Shown in pieces: positions 1-10,100 of a stretch of DNA of 64,000 nt (within the stretch, counting starts at the first letter, position 1; each line of letters begins with the position of its first letter). The DNA is from Parcubacteria group bacterium Gr01-1014_13 (GTDB lineage: Bacteria > Patescibacteriota > Patescibacteriia > Magasanikbacterales > GWA2-37-8): the NCBI GenBank assembly GCA_007376295.1, contig VMGB01000001.1:5030-69029 (forward strand), given 5' to 3'. Under the pieces are notes generated by a model. The model did no database searches. It saw nothing but the letters and a program-made list of their open reading frames with translations, and was not told the origin of the DNA. The position numbers were made by a program, and so were the translations under genes.

Positions 1-369
1 AGGGGAGAGGTAGTTGTATTTAAATATCCAGAAAATCCAAAAGAATATTTCTTAAAAAGAATAATTGCTTTGCCGGGCGAGAGAGTAAAAGTTTCCGAAG
101 GACAGGTAACTATTTATAACAAAGAGCATCCGGAAGGAGTAATTTTAAATGAACCATATTTACCGCAGAATTTATTAACAGTTGGAAACGGTTTGCCGGT
201 GCAGCTCGATGAAAATAATTATTATGTGATGGGGGACAATCGCCCAAACAGTTTTGATTCACGTCGTTTCGGCGCTGTAGATAAAAGTTTAGTTGTTGGC
301 CGAGTGTTTTTCCGCGGCTGGCCACTCAATCGTGCTGAACTTATTCCAGAACCCAAATTAAATATTTAA
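1..369 (+). CDS. lepB: Signal peptidase I (S26 family), C-terminal part; the 5' end lies upstream of the window
   Basis: Frame 1 is open from nt 1 and reads GEVVVFKYPENPKEYFLKRIIALPGE... It carries the SPase I box-E motif GDNRPNSFDSRRFG. The listed ORF 70..369 is the in-frame tail of this longer frame. Confidence 0.85.
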   Translation, partial: RGEVVVFKYPENPKEYFLKRIIALPGERVKVSEGQVTIYNKEHPEGVILNEPYLPQNLLTVGNGLPVQLDENNYYVMGDNRPNSFDSRRFGAVDKSLVVGRVFFRGWPLNRAELIPEPKLNI

Positions 370-373
370 TTGT

Positions 374-1777
374 ATGTCTAAACAGAAAATCAAAGAAAAG
401 AAAAAAATTGTAAAAGCAAAACCAGGAAAAGAAAAGCCGCGTACTGATGCTGCGGCGGCAAATACAGGTAACAAGAAAACTTACGCCCTGCTTCGTGGTA
501 TGCACGATGTTTTGCCTAGAGAAGAAAAGTATTGGAAAAACTTTTATCACACAGCCGAACATTTAGCTGAGCATTTTCAGTTTAGCCGTATTGAAACTCC
601 GCTTCTAGAAGAAGCGAATTTATTTATCCGTTCTATTGGCAAAGGAACCGATGTGGTGGATAAAGAAATGTATGTCTTTGAAGATCGTGATGGAAACAAA
701 GTAGCTCTTCGTCCAGAAGTTACGGCTTCAGCTGTTCGCGCCTATATTATGCACGGCATGTGGAATATGACCCAGCCGGTGAAAATGTGGTATTGGGGAC
801 AGATGTTTCGCTATGACCGTCCGCAAGCCGGCAGATACAGACAGTTTTTTCAGGTTGGATTTGAAACTTTGGGTGATGCTGACCCGGTAGTAGATGCTGA
901 ATTAATTTTATTGGCGCATAATTTTTATAAAGATCTGGGTTTGCCGGTAGAAATTCACGTAAACAGTATCGGTCTTCCGGAAGAAAGACAAAAATACAAA
1001 ACAGCTTTGGTTGAGTACTACCGCAGCAAGCGCAGTTATTTGTGTGATGATTGCAAACAAAGATTAAACAAAAATCCGCTTCGTCTTTTGGATTGTAAAC
1101 AAGAAAGATGCCAGCCGGTAAAAGAAGATGCGCCACAGATTATTGATTGGCTGGAAGAAGAATCCAAAAATCATTTCATGAAAGTTTTGGAATATTTGGA
1201 CGAATTGGCTGTTCCATATGTACTACGCTCAACTTTAGTGCGCGGATTGGATTATTATACCCGCACAGTTTTTGAAGTTTATCCTGTTGTTAGTGATGTT
1301 AATGCGCTCGGCGCCCAAAGTGCGTTGGGTGGAGGCGGACGATATGATTTGCTTGTCCAGGAAATGGGCGGCAGACCATCTCCGGCAGCCGGATTTTCTT
1401 TGGGAATCGAGAGGTCAGTATCAGCCTTAAAACAATACATGGATGCAAATCAAATTAAACCCCCAGTACAGAAATTTGATGCCTACTTGGCTCAACTTGG
1501 TGATCAAGCTCGTCGCCGAGCTTTGAAAGCAATTAATGATTTGCGCAATTCTGGCTTGAAGATTGATTATAATTTTTCCAAAAATTCTTTGAAGAGCCAA
1601 TTGGAAGCGGCCAACAGTTTGCAGGTGCCGTATGCTCTAATTTTGGGCCAAAAGGAAGTTCAAGATGGCACTGTTATAATCAGAGATATGGAATCCGGTG
1701 TGCAAGAAATTGTTGATCAAAAGAAAGTCGAAAATGTATTAAAGAAAAAATTATCTCGGTTTGACGATGATAAGTAA
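374..1777 (+). CDS. hisS: Histidyl-tRNA synthetase with a Lys-rich N-terminal extension
   Basis: HisRS motifs are present: LRGMHDVLP, ALRPEVTAS, FRYDRPQAGRYRQFFQ and GGGRYD. The anticodon-binding C-terminus is present. Confidence 0.93.
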   Translation: MSKQKIKEKKKIVKAKPGKEKPRTDAAAANTGNKKTYALLRGMHDVLPREEKYWKNFYHTAEHLAEHFQFSRIETPLLEEANLFIRSIGKGTDVVDKEMYVFEDRDGNKVALRPEVTASAVRAYIMHGMWNMTQPVKMWYWGQMFRYDRPQAGRYRQFFQVGFETLGDADPVVDAELILLAHNFYKDLGLPVEIHVNSIGLPEERQKYKTALVEYYRSKRSYLCDDCKQRLNKNPLRLLDCKQERCQPVKEDAPQIIDWLEEESKNHFMKVLEYLDELAVPYVLRSTLVRGLDYYTRTVFEVYPVVSDVNALGAQSALGGGGRYDLLVQEMGGRPSPAAGFSLGIERSVSALKQYMDANQIKPPVQKFDAYLAQLGDQARRRALKAINDLRNSGLKIDYNFSKNSLKSQLEAANSLQVPYALILGQKEVQDGTVIIRDMESGVQEIVDQKKVENVLKKKLSRFDDDK

Positions 1778-1838
1778 AAAGTGGTATTATTAAACGTATA
1801 AATCAGTTAATATCTAATTTAGAAAGCGAGGTGGACTT

Positions 1839-2078
1839 ATGTCAGAAGTAAAACGAAAAAAGAATGAATCATTTGAGGCTTTTTTGCGACGCGTGAAGAA
1901 ACGCTGGCAGCAATCAGGAAAGATATTGCAAGTTAAGAAGATTCAGTTCTACGAACGTCCCAAAAACAAAAACATGCGCAAAAAGAGCGCTCTGCATCGT
2001 TTGGCAGTATCCCAAAAGATCGAGTACATGAAGAAAGTTGGGTTAATGCCGGAAGAAACAAAACGATTCGGAAGATAA
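1839..2078 (+). CDS. rpsU: 30S ribosomal protein S21
   Basis: 79-aa basic protein MSEVKRKKNESFEAFLRRVKKRW...FYERP, the typical S21 pattern. A GAGGTG SD lies 6 nt upstream. Confidence 0.9.
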   Translation: MSEVKRKKNESFEAFLRRVKKRWQQSGKILQVKKIQFYERPKNKNMRKKSALHRLAVSQKIEYMKKVGLMPEETKRFGR

Positions 2079-2102
2079 TTTTTTACTTAATTCCATTGTC
2101 CC

Positions 2103-4124
2103 ATGCTTCAATGGATGCAACGAAAATTTTTCTTAATTCTTAAAGCCGCTACAATAACGACTGTTGTTTTGTTAGCGGTTTTTTGTTTGCCTGATCTAGT
2201 TCGGGCGCAGAGTATTGTCGATCCAAGCAGTACTTTGCAAACTGGAGTCGCCGTTATTTCCCAGCCGTTAGGTTTGCCTGCTACCGATATCAGGCTGATT
2301 GTGGCCAATATAATACGAATAGCTTTGGGGCTTTTGGGAATTATCGCCGTGGCTTTATTGATTTATGCTGGCTATCTTTGGATGACAGCTGGAGGTAATG
2401 AGGAACAGATTGCTGATGCCAAGAAATTTTTAATTAACACTGCCATTGGTCTGGCTATTATTCTCAGCGCTTATGCAATCGTTAGTTTTGTTATTAGTAA
2501 ATTAACTGATGCCACTGGAGATGGGGGACAGTTCGGCGGCGGAAGTTTAGAAGCGCCGATTTCGGAAAATTTTCAAGGCAGTGGCGCTTTGGGTAAGATT
2601 ATAAAAGATCATTATCCAGCGCGTGATCAAGTAGCAGTACCGCGCAACACTAAAATTGTTGTAACTTTCCGTAAACCAATTAAAGCCGATAGTTTTATTG
2701 ACGACACTACTGGTGATGGAATTTTTGGAAATTGCAAAACTACTGTAGAAAATTGGTGGAATGACTGCGATCATGTAAAAAATATTAGTGATAATTTAAT
2801 TAATATAAAACGCGCAGATAATAACGAGAAAATTTTTGGCGCAGTCGCCTTAACATCACTTAGCACTGAAAATGGTGTGGCTGGTATTTATACAATTTTA
2901 ATTAAACCAATTACTGATGCTGGTAGTGCTAACGGGGGATATTTAGGCAGCGCCACCGAACCACTGGCGTATATTGTTCGTTTGGGTTCAGGCATGCTTT
3001 TGGATGACCCAGCTAACAGCAATCCTTCAGTATTTCAGGCTAGTATTTTAGGAAATAATTATTATGAATGGAAATTCACTAATAGTACCGCTTTAGATAC
3101 TGCCCCGCCTTCTGTGGAAAGTATTTTTCCAGACGCTGATACTACCGAAGATAAAAATAGTGTTTTGCAGATTCATTTTAGCGAACCTTTAGACCCAATT
3201 GGTATTCAAGGTAAATTTAATGCTGCCGCCGGACATTTTGTGCTTGATGGTGGAAATATTTTCTTAAAATCCGACAACAGTACTTTGCCTCAAGGTAATT
3301 TTAGTCTGACCAATGGTTACAGAACTTTGGAATTTACACCTTCTCAGGAATGCGGCAAAAATGCCTGTGGCAACAAAATTTATTGTTTGTCAGTCTGTGA
3401 TAAACCGGGCGCCAACTGCAGTCAGGATAATTATGAAGTCCTGCTTCGCGCGGCCAGAACAATTAATGCCAGCTCATTTGAATCTCTGCCGCTTTCAGGC
3501 ATTGCCGATTTGGCTGGCAATGCTTTGGATGGAAATAAAAATAATACTCCTAACTCTGCCCCGATCAGTTTGCCAGTATTTCCTAATCAAAAACAACCGG
3601 ATAATTTTTTCTGGGGCTTTAAAATTTCCGACAAAATCGATTCTTCCACTCCTTTTATACAGACAATATTGCCAGGCAAGGACGGTGAAAATATAACTCG
3701 TAATCAGGAATTAAGCATGGTCTGGAGCAAACGAATGCGCGCTGATTCGATGTATAATATAGGTATAGAAGAAAAACCAGCTCATCAAGTTCCCATTTGG
3801 AAAGTACCTTTCACATTATTTAATCCTAATAATACGAGCTATACCCGGATAAATCATGGTCCGTTTTTGGATGCAATCCGCCAGTATTATTTCCCAGTAG
3901 TAAGTTCTAGTGTTGAAGATTTACATTTCAATTGTTTCTATCCTGGCAAAGGTCCGAGTCGTCCAGTTGGCGCAGGTACGGTAGTCTCTCCGGATTGTGA
4001 TGATGTTAATCCGCAGAATTGTTGCCAAGTGATAAGCGCGCTGAACAAATCTCTTTGTTGCAACGGCGCGGTAGGTACAGTTGCTTCAGCCTGTTTAGAT
4101 TATCTGCGGCAAAATAGTCTTTAA
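2103..4124 (+). CDS. Large secreted/membrane-anchored protein with an N-terminal TrbC/VirB2-like pilin module fused to Ig-like (SbsA/Big_5-like) domains and a Cys-rich C-terminus
   Basis: Signal peptide followed by the ATDIRLIVANIIRIALGLLGIIAVALLIYAGYLWMTAGGNEEQIADAKKFLINTAIGLAIILSAYAIVSFVISKL two-helix pilin-like module, then a Gly-rich linker. The C-terminus is CC-rich (NCCQVISALNKSLCCNG). Confidence 0.8.
   Translation: MLQWMQRKFFLILKAATITTVVLLAVFCLPDLVRAQSIVDPSSTLQTGVAVISQPLGLPATDIRLIVANIIRIALGLLGIIAVALLIYAGYLWMTAGGNEEQIADAKKFLINTAIGLAIILSAYAIVSFVISKLTDATGDGGQFGGGSLEAPISENFQGSGALGKIIKDHYPARDQVAVPRNTKIVVTFRKPIKADSFIDDTTGDGIFGNCKTTVENWWNDCDHVKNISDNLINIKRADNNEKIFGAVALTSLSTENGVAGIYTILIKPITDAGSANGGYLGSATEPLAYIVRLGSGMLLDDPANSNPSVFQASILGNNYYEWKFTNSTALDTAPPSVESIFPDADTTEDKNSVLQIHFSEPLDPIGIQGKFNAAAGHFVLDGGNIFLKSDNSTLPQGNFSLTNGYRTLEFTPSQECGKNACGNKIYCLSVCDKPGANCSQDNYEVLLRAARTINASSFESLPLSGIADLAGNALDGNKNNTPNSAPISLPVFPNQKQPDNFFWGFKISDKIDSSTPFIQTILPGKDGENITRNQELSMVWSKRMRADSMYNIGIEEKPAHQVPIWKVPFTLFNPNNTSYTRINHGPFLDAIRQYYFPVVSSSVEDLHFNCFYPGKGPSRPVGAGTVVSPDCDDVNPQNCCQVISALNKSLCCNGAVGTVASACLDYLRQNSL
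2260..2530 (+). repeat. Copy 1 of the duplicated pilin-module coding segment (about 270 bp)
   Basis: About 75% nt and about 80% aa identity to 4265..4535, from GLPATDIRL to SKLTDAT. Confidence 0.8.
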
Positions 4125-4135
4125 CCCCAACCAAC

Positions 4136-7100
4136 ATGACCCAAAGGAGAGGAAAAATTTTAATCACACTTTTATTCGCGGTTTTGGCTACTGCTGCTTG
4201 TTTGTGGTTTGCGCCCGCAGTTCATGCTCAAACAACTAACGCTCCAGATTTGGGTTTGGCGCCAGTAGGCAGTTCTATCGGTCTGCCATCTACTGATATC
4301 CGTTTGGTAGTAGCCAATATTATTCGTGTTGCTTTGGGACTGCTGGGTATAGTCGCTTTAGTTTTAATAATTTATGCTGGCTTTGTTTGGATGACTGCCG
4401 GTGGTGAAGAAGAAAAAATTTCTCAAGCCAAGAAAATTATGGTCAATGCCGCTATTGGCTTGGCAATAATTTTATCATCATACGCTATTGCCAGTTTTGT
4501 AATTAGTAAATTAACTGACGCTACCACCGACAATGGCGGAATTGGCGGTCCTGGCGGCGGGGGAGACAACCCATATTTCCCAGGCGGAATTTTTTATGTT
4601 GATAGTTTGCCGTCCGGAGGACAGTTGTGTATTAGAAATGTTCACTTAGCGCTCACTTTTAATTTGAAAGCAGATATTTCCACCTTAAACGATAATGTGG
4701 TGGTACAAAAAGCCGACGGCACAGTTCAGCCTGGACAATGGGAATCGTTAAGTAATACAACAGTTGCTTTTGTGCCCAACGGAGATTGCGGAAGTGGCAC
4801 GCCGGATTGTTATGCTGCCAACACAGCTTACACTTTGCATTTCAAAAATGGCAGTGCAGTAAAATCTGCTAATGGTCAATTAGGTTTAAACTGTGCAATT
4901 AAAGCCGGTTGTGGTGATGTTCAGTTTACAACTGGTGATGGTGTGGATCGCAATCCGCCGCAAGTGAAAATAGAACCGATTGCCAGTGATCTGTTGCGGG
5001 TTGGAAATGTTGTGCCAGTAGAAGTTAGTTATACCGATGATAATGGCGTACAAAAAATAGATTTAACTGCTGATAACTTCTTTGTTAGTAGTCAGTCTGT
5101 TCCAGGTTGTCAAAAGTCAGGTTCGGTCACTCTCAATTGGCCTACAGTTGGAATTTCAGGCGGGGTACATGCTTTGGGAGCAACTGGCTTTGATTGGTCT
5201 GCGCTTAGCGATAGTACCAGTACAAATGTAAATCTGTTACCTCAACATTGTTTTGATAATACTTTGCAGGCGGATTTAGGAGAAGTCAAAGTTGGTCCTC
5301 CAGCTTGTGGTGGCGAATGTGGTGCTTGCGCTGGTTCTCCATGTACTACTAATACGCAGTGTGCCAGTGGTTTTTGTGATCAGGTGGCTGGTGTATGTGT
5401 GGACAAGATGCGTATCAATGGTGTCTCTCCATTATCCGGCGGTCCGGGAACTTTTGTTTCTATTAGTGGTGATTATTTTGGCAATACACCTGGTAAAGTT
5501 TTTATTGGTGCAACTCCAGCTCCGCTGGCAGCTTGTGCTATTGGCGCCTGGAAACCTTGGCAAATAATAATTCAGGTACCGCCCGGCGCAGTTAGCGGAC
5601 CAATATCAGTGGAAACAGCTCCGGACTCAGGAGGAAAAAATTTCACCGACGCTACCAATGATAGCTTTGGGCCAAGAATTAGTGATTTTACAGTAAATAA
5701 TTTAGTGCGTCCTGGTTTGTGCGGAATAAATCCAGTGGGTGATTTGCCTGGCGCAGAAGTGTCTCTATTAGGTCAGCGTTTTAGTAATGCTCCAGGGCAA
5801 GTATTTTTTGGCCAACAAAGTGTTTTGATAAGTTTGAGCAACTGGACAGACACTTTGATTAAAGCCAGAGTTCCTTTGCTTGATGTCGGCCCAGTAGCAG
5901 TAAAAGTTTCCAAAAATAATTTAGATAGCAATAGTGTTAAATTTTTTGTTGAGCAGGGATTAAGCGGTACAGCCCCATTTATTTCCAGCATCACTCCAGA
6001 TCGTGGCGGGAAAGGGGAATATATAACTATTACGGGAAATAATTTTGGTGATCAAACAGGAAGAATTTGGTTTAAAGAAAATATTAATGGCCAGCCTGGT
6101 GATGCGATAGATGGTAGTTTTACTTTCCCAGCCGGATGCCAAAACACTTGGACCGATAAACAGATTATTGTAAAGTTTCCAGCCAATAACGGCAGTGTGG
6201 GTAAATCTTATTTTGTACAGGTTCGTCCAGCTGATTCTAGTTTGGGCACCAGTCCGCTAGGTCCAATTTTTAATCTAGAAGCTGGTCTGCCTTCGCCGGG
6301 TATTTGTAATATCAATCCGGTTTCTAGCCCCGTACCTTTTGCCAGCGCAGCTCCGGATATGAAAATTATCGGAGAAAATTTTGGTGCAGCGCCATTAGTT
6401 TATTTCTGGGGACCAGCGGCGTCTTCTACTTCCATCACTGGTAGAATTCTCGGCAGTTCAAGCACTGTGACAAATATGCTTGTGGGCCAAACTATCTCTA
6501 CCCGTCCATTAGCCGGCACAATCAGCGGTCCGGTAGTAGTACAGAGAAAACCGGATAATAAATTAAGTAATCCGCAAAATTTTTCCGTAGTAGATTGTGT
6601 TAAAAATAATAATACTTGCACAGCTGTAAATACACATTGTTGTATGGCAGGAACAGAATCGGGCATGTGTAAGCCGGATACAGAGTTATGCGAAGGCGAA
6701 ACTTTGTCGACCGGATTCATTTGGCGTTTCAGCACAAAGGATATTCCAAAAATTCCCCAAGTAGTAGAAAGATGTGATAATAATACTGATTTGGGTTTGA
6801 ATATTCCTTCACCTTCACCTAGTACTTTGTGGGACACTTCCACCAGCGGTGTTCACCACAGTGTTTGTCGTACCGCTTCAGTCATGGTGGAGTTTAGTTT
6901 GCCAACGATGAATAATATTTCTCGTACTAATTTAGTAGTCAATGAATGTAATCCTAGCACTGTAAACGAAATTAACCGCACTTGTACTGCGGTGGGTCAA
7001 GTAAATCTTAAGGGTACAGGTGATTTTGTGCCCCAGCTGAGCACGGAAAGGACTGATTATTTACAATTAAATCCAGACGCTAGTTACAACAACGGAAAAT

Positions 7101-10100
7101 GGAAAGACAATACCTGGTATCAAGTTGTGCTCCGAAGCGGTATTACTGCTGGTGTCGGTACAAGCAGCGCTCCTTTGGCCAAGGATAAACCGTGCGGCGG
7201 AGACTCATCTTACTGTTTTGTTTTTAGGTCTGATTCCCAAGATTGTAAAATGAAACAAGTGGTAATTACTCCATACAGTTATTTTACTACTGTTTTAGAA
7301 GCGCCAATGAAACACAGGACTAATCCGGCAGATGATGGTGAAGACGTTGTTTATTCTGGACACGGATTAAGCACCCAGCATTGTATAATTATGGACACCA
7401 GCATGTTTACCTGGACTTGGGGCAGTAAAAACGCCTATTATGCCGATATTTTTTCTGCAAATAATTCTTCGGCCAAAGTTTCGGCCTTGGCCAACACTGT
7501 AGGTGTAGGTTTAACTAATCCGGAAAATGCTGTGAATGTAAACGCCACCGCCACATTGGCTTCGGCTAGTTTTGGTGGACGCAGTCCGCTCACCATAGAT
7601 TTAAGTAATCCCGAAGTGGTAGATTTCTGGCCAACTTGTTTGCAGTCTTGTACCAACGCTGAAGTGGGTGTGCGTTTTAGCACCACCATGTCGAATAAAA
7701 ATTTGCCGAGCGGTCCGATAAAATTATTAAAATGTGCTGATGAAAATTGTTTCAAGACTACTCCGGTTTTAGCAGATACAGATGTGTTTTTAGACAGCGC
7801 TACCGGATACAGAATTTTAAAACTTGCCAATTCCGGTCTTGGTTCATTAGAGCTGGAGCCAGATACTATTTATAAAGTTGTAATTTCTTCATCCACCAGC
7901 AATGTAAATTCGCCGGAGTTATTATGGTCTGCGGCCAGATTAGGTGATCCGACTACATTTTCGAAGCCATACAAAAAAGAGTTTACCTGGCGTTTTAAAA
8001 CTAAAAAAGAAAAATGTAAAATTCACCGCGTGGAGGTAGCACCGAAAAATTTCTTTGCTGAATTTGTAATTGATAGAGAACTATACAGCGCCCAACCATT
8101 TTCGTCTCCGGACACTTGTAGTGCAGCCGGACAAAAATTAAATCCTTGGATGGTAGGTTGGAACTGGACATCTTCCGCGCCTGCAGTGGCAAAGGTAACT
8201 ACTTTTAGCACCAAAGGAAGCAATCCTTACTGCACTTTGGGTTGTGTGCGTAAAGGTAGTAGTATTCCGGTCGGAGTGACAGGAATTCCAGTTTGCGGCA
8301 ATGGACAACTAGAAGCCGGGGAGGATTGTGATCCGCCGGGCAAAGGAGCTGGTTGTGGTTTAGATTGTCGAAGATTGGGAAATATTAGTACATCTACTTG
8401 TGGAAATGGAATTGTTGAGCCAAATCGCGGCGAAACATGTGACACCGGATCAGCTACTACTTCCATTGGTTGTGGCAGCAACTGTCTACGTCTTGGTTCT
8501 TCAGCGGCTACGGGCGCAACAGTTACGGGTGCCTCTATTTGCGGCAATGGTTCTATTGGTAGTGGTGAAGATTGTGATTTAGGAATTACAGCATCTTCAA
8601 CAGTGGCTATTTCAGCTATGCGTTGTTCAGACAACTGTTTACATTTAGGTACAAGATTATCTAATAACTGGTGTTTTACTAATAGTGTTGGTTTTGGCGG
8701 ATTTGCCCAAACAGAATTTCTATCTGCATGCCGGCTGGCTTTAAGCCGTTGCGGTGATGGGGTAAATAATCCAGATGAAGACACTGGATGTGATTTAGGT
8801 AATGGTAAGAAAGCTGCAAAGTGTAATGATTTTTGTTTGATTAATACTAGCAGCACTTCTCCTCTTGAATGCGTTGCCAACACCGAAGGCTGTGATCAAA
8901 ATGGTCAACATATAGGTTCTTCCTTGCTTTATAGCACACCATCGTTGTGTGGGAATGGACTGGCAGAAATTGGTGAGGATGCTTTTTGTGAAACTAATAT
9001 TATTACGATCCATACCGGATTTAACCCTTGGACTTTAGCTACTGGTATAGGCTTAGGTGTGGCTATTGGAGTTCCAGCAACTCAGCAAACGGATATAAAT
9101 GGTAGTACCAGCGAGCAAACTGCAGGTGGCGGCCCAGTAGGCAACAAAGGTAAATTTATTATTCCATGCGGATACAAAACTGATGCTGAATGTGAAGTGC
9201 GTCTGGGTAAGGGTTGGGGCGTGGCTTCGGACGGCTGTTGTTATGTGCGTCCGAAATTATCAAGTGTTTATCCGGGAAGTACTACCACAGTCCAAGCAAA
9301 TGTTTGCCCAAATACAGCTATCGAAGCTACTTTTGATGATGAGATAGATGTTTCGAGTTTAAAAAATAATATAGTATTGGCCCGCGGTGCCGGCGCCACA
9401 GCTACTTGTAGCGGCACCGAAGATGTTTCTAATTTAGTATTAAATAATCAACCAGTTGATGGAAGTAATTTGCCTTGGTACAAAAAGATTTTTGTAGTCG
9501 TAGTTAATTTCTTCAGAAATTTAGCGGGTCAAGATGTATCTGCGACCCATACCACTATCCAATCAACCAAGTGGTGCGCCGGAGAAGATCTTGGTCAAGG
9601 CGATGTGGTTGTAACCACCGGGACAGAAAGTAAAATTATTTTCAAATTAGATCAGCCGCTAGCTTTTGATACGGATTATTTTATTGCGTTAAAAGAAGGT
9701 TTACGTAGCAAGCGGGGGATAAGCATTGGGAAAAATAATACTACAAATAAACCATTAAGTTGGAAGTTTATTACCGGATCAAAAATTTGTGAGATTGATA
9801 GTGTGGCTGTAGATCCGTCACAAGTTTATTTAAACAAAGCGGGCGTCACCACCACTCTATTTGCCGATGCTTACAATGCTAGTGCGGCAAAGATTCAGGC
9901 TATACCGAGATTTTATGCCTGGCAATATTTATGGCAACCAGTCGGAAATCTTCTTGTAAATCTACAAGAGACAACCTCTTCCCGAAATATAATTTCGGCG
10001 CAAAATCGTAACGGTGAAATTGACTTGCGCGCTTCAGCGGTAATTACTGACAATATTTATTCTAACCAATTTGGCGCTGTGGCCACCGGCAAGTCCCACG

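Noticed and set aside
2103-2117. Alternative start for the first giant gene at the second Met (2115, MQRKFF...)
   Set aside because: Both starts give a valid signal peptide and neither has an SD, so the choice cannot be decided from sequence. The longer ORF was kept.
8227-8883. 218-aa minus-strand ORF inside the giant gene
   Set aside because: Antisense to a continuous 2257-codon frame with clear domain content; a Pro/Ser-rich shadow ORF.
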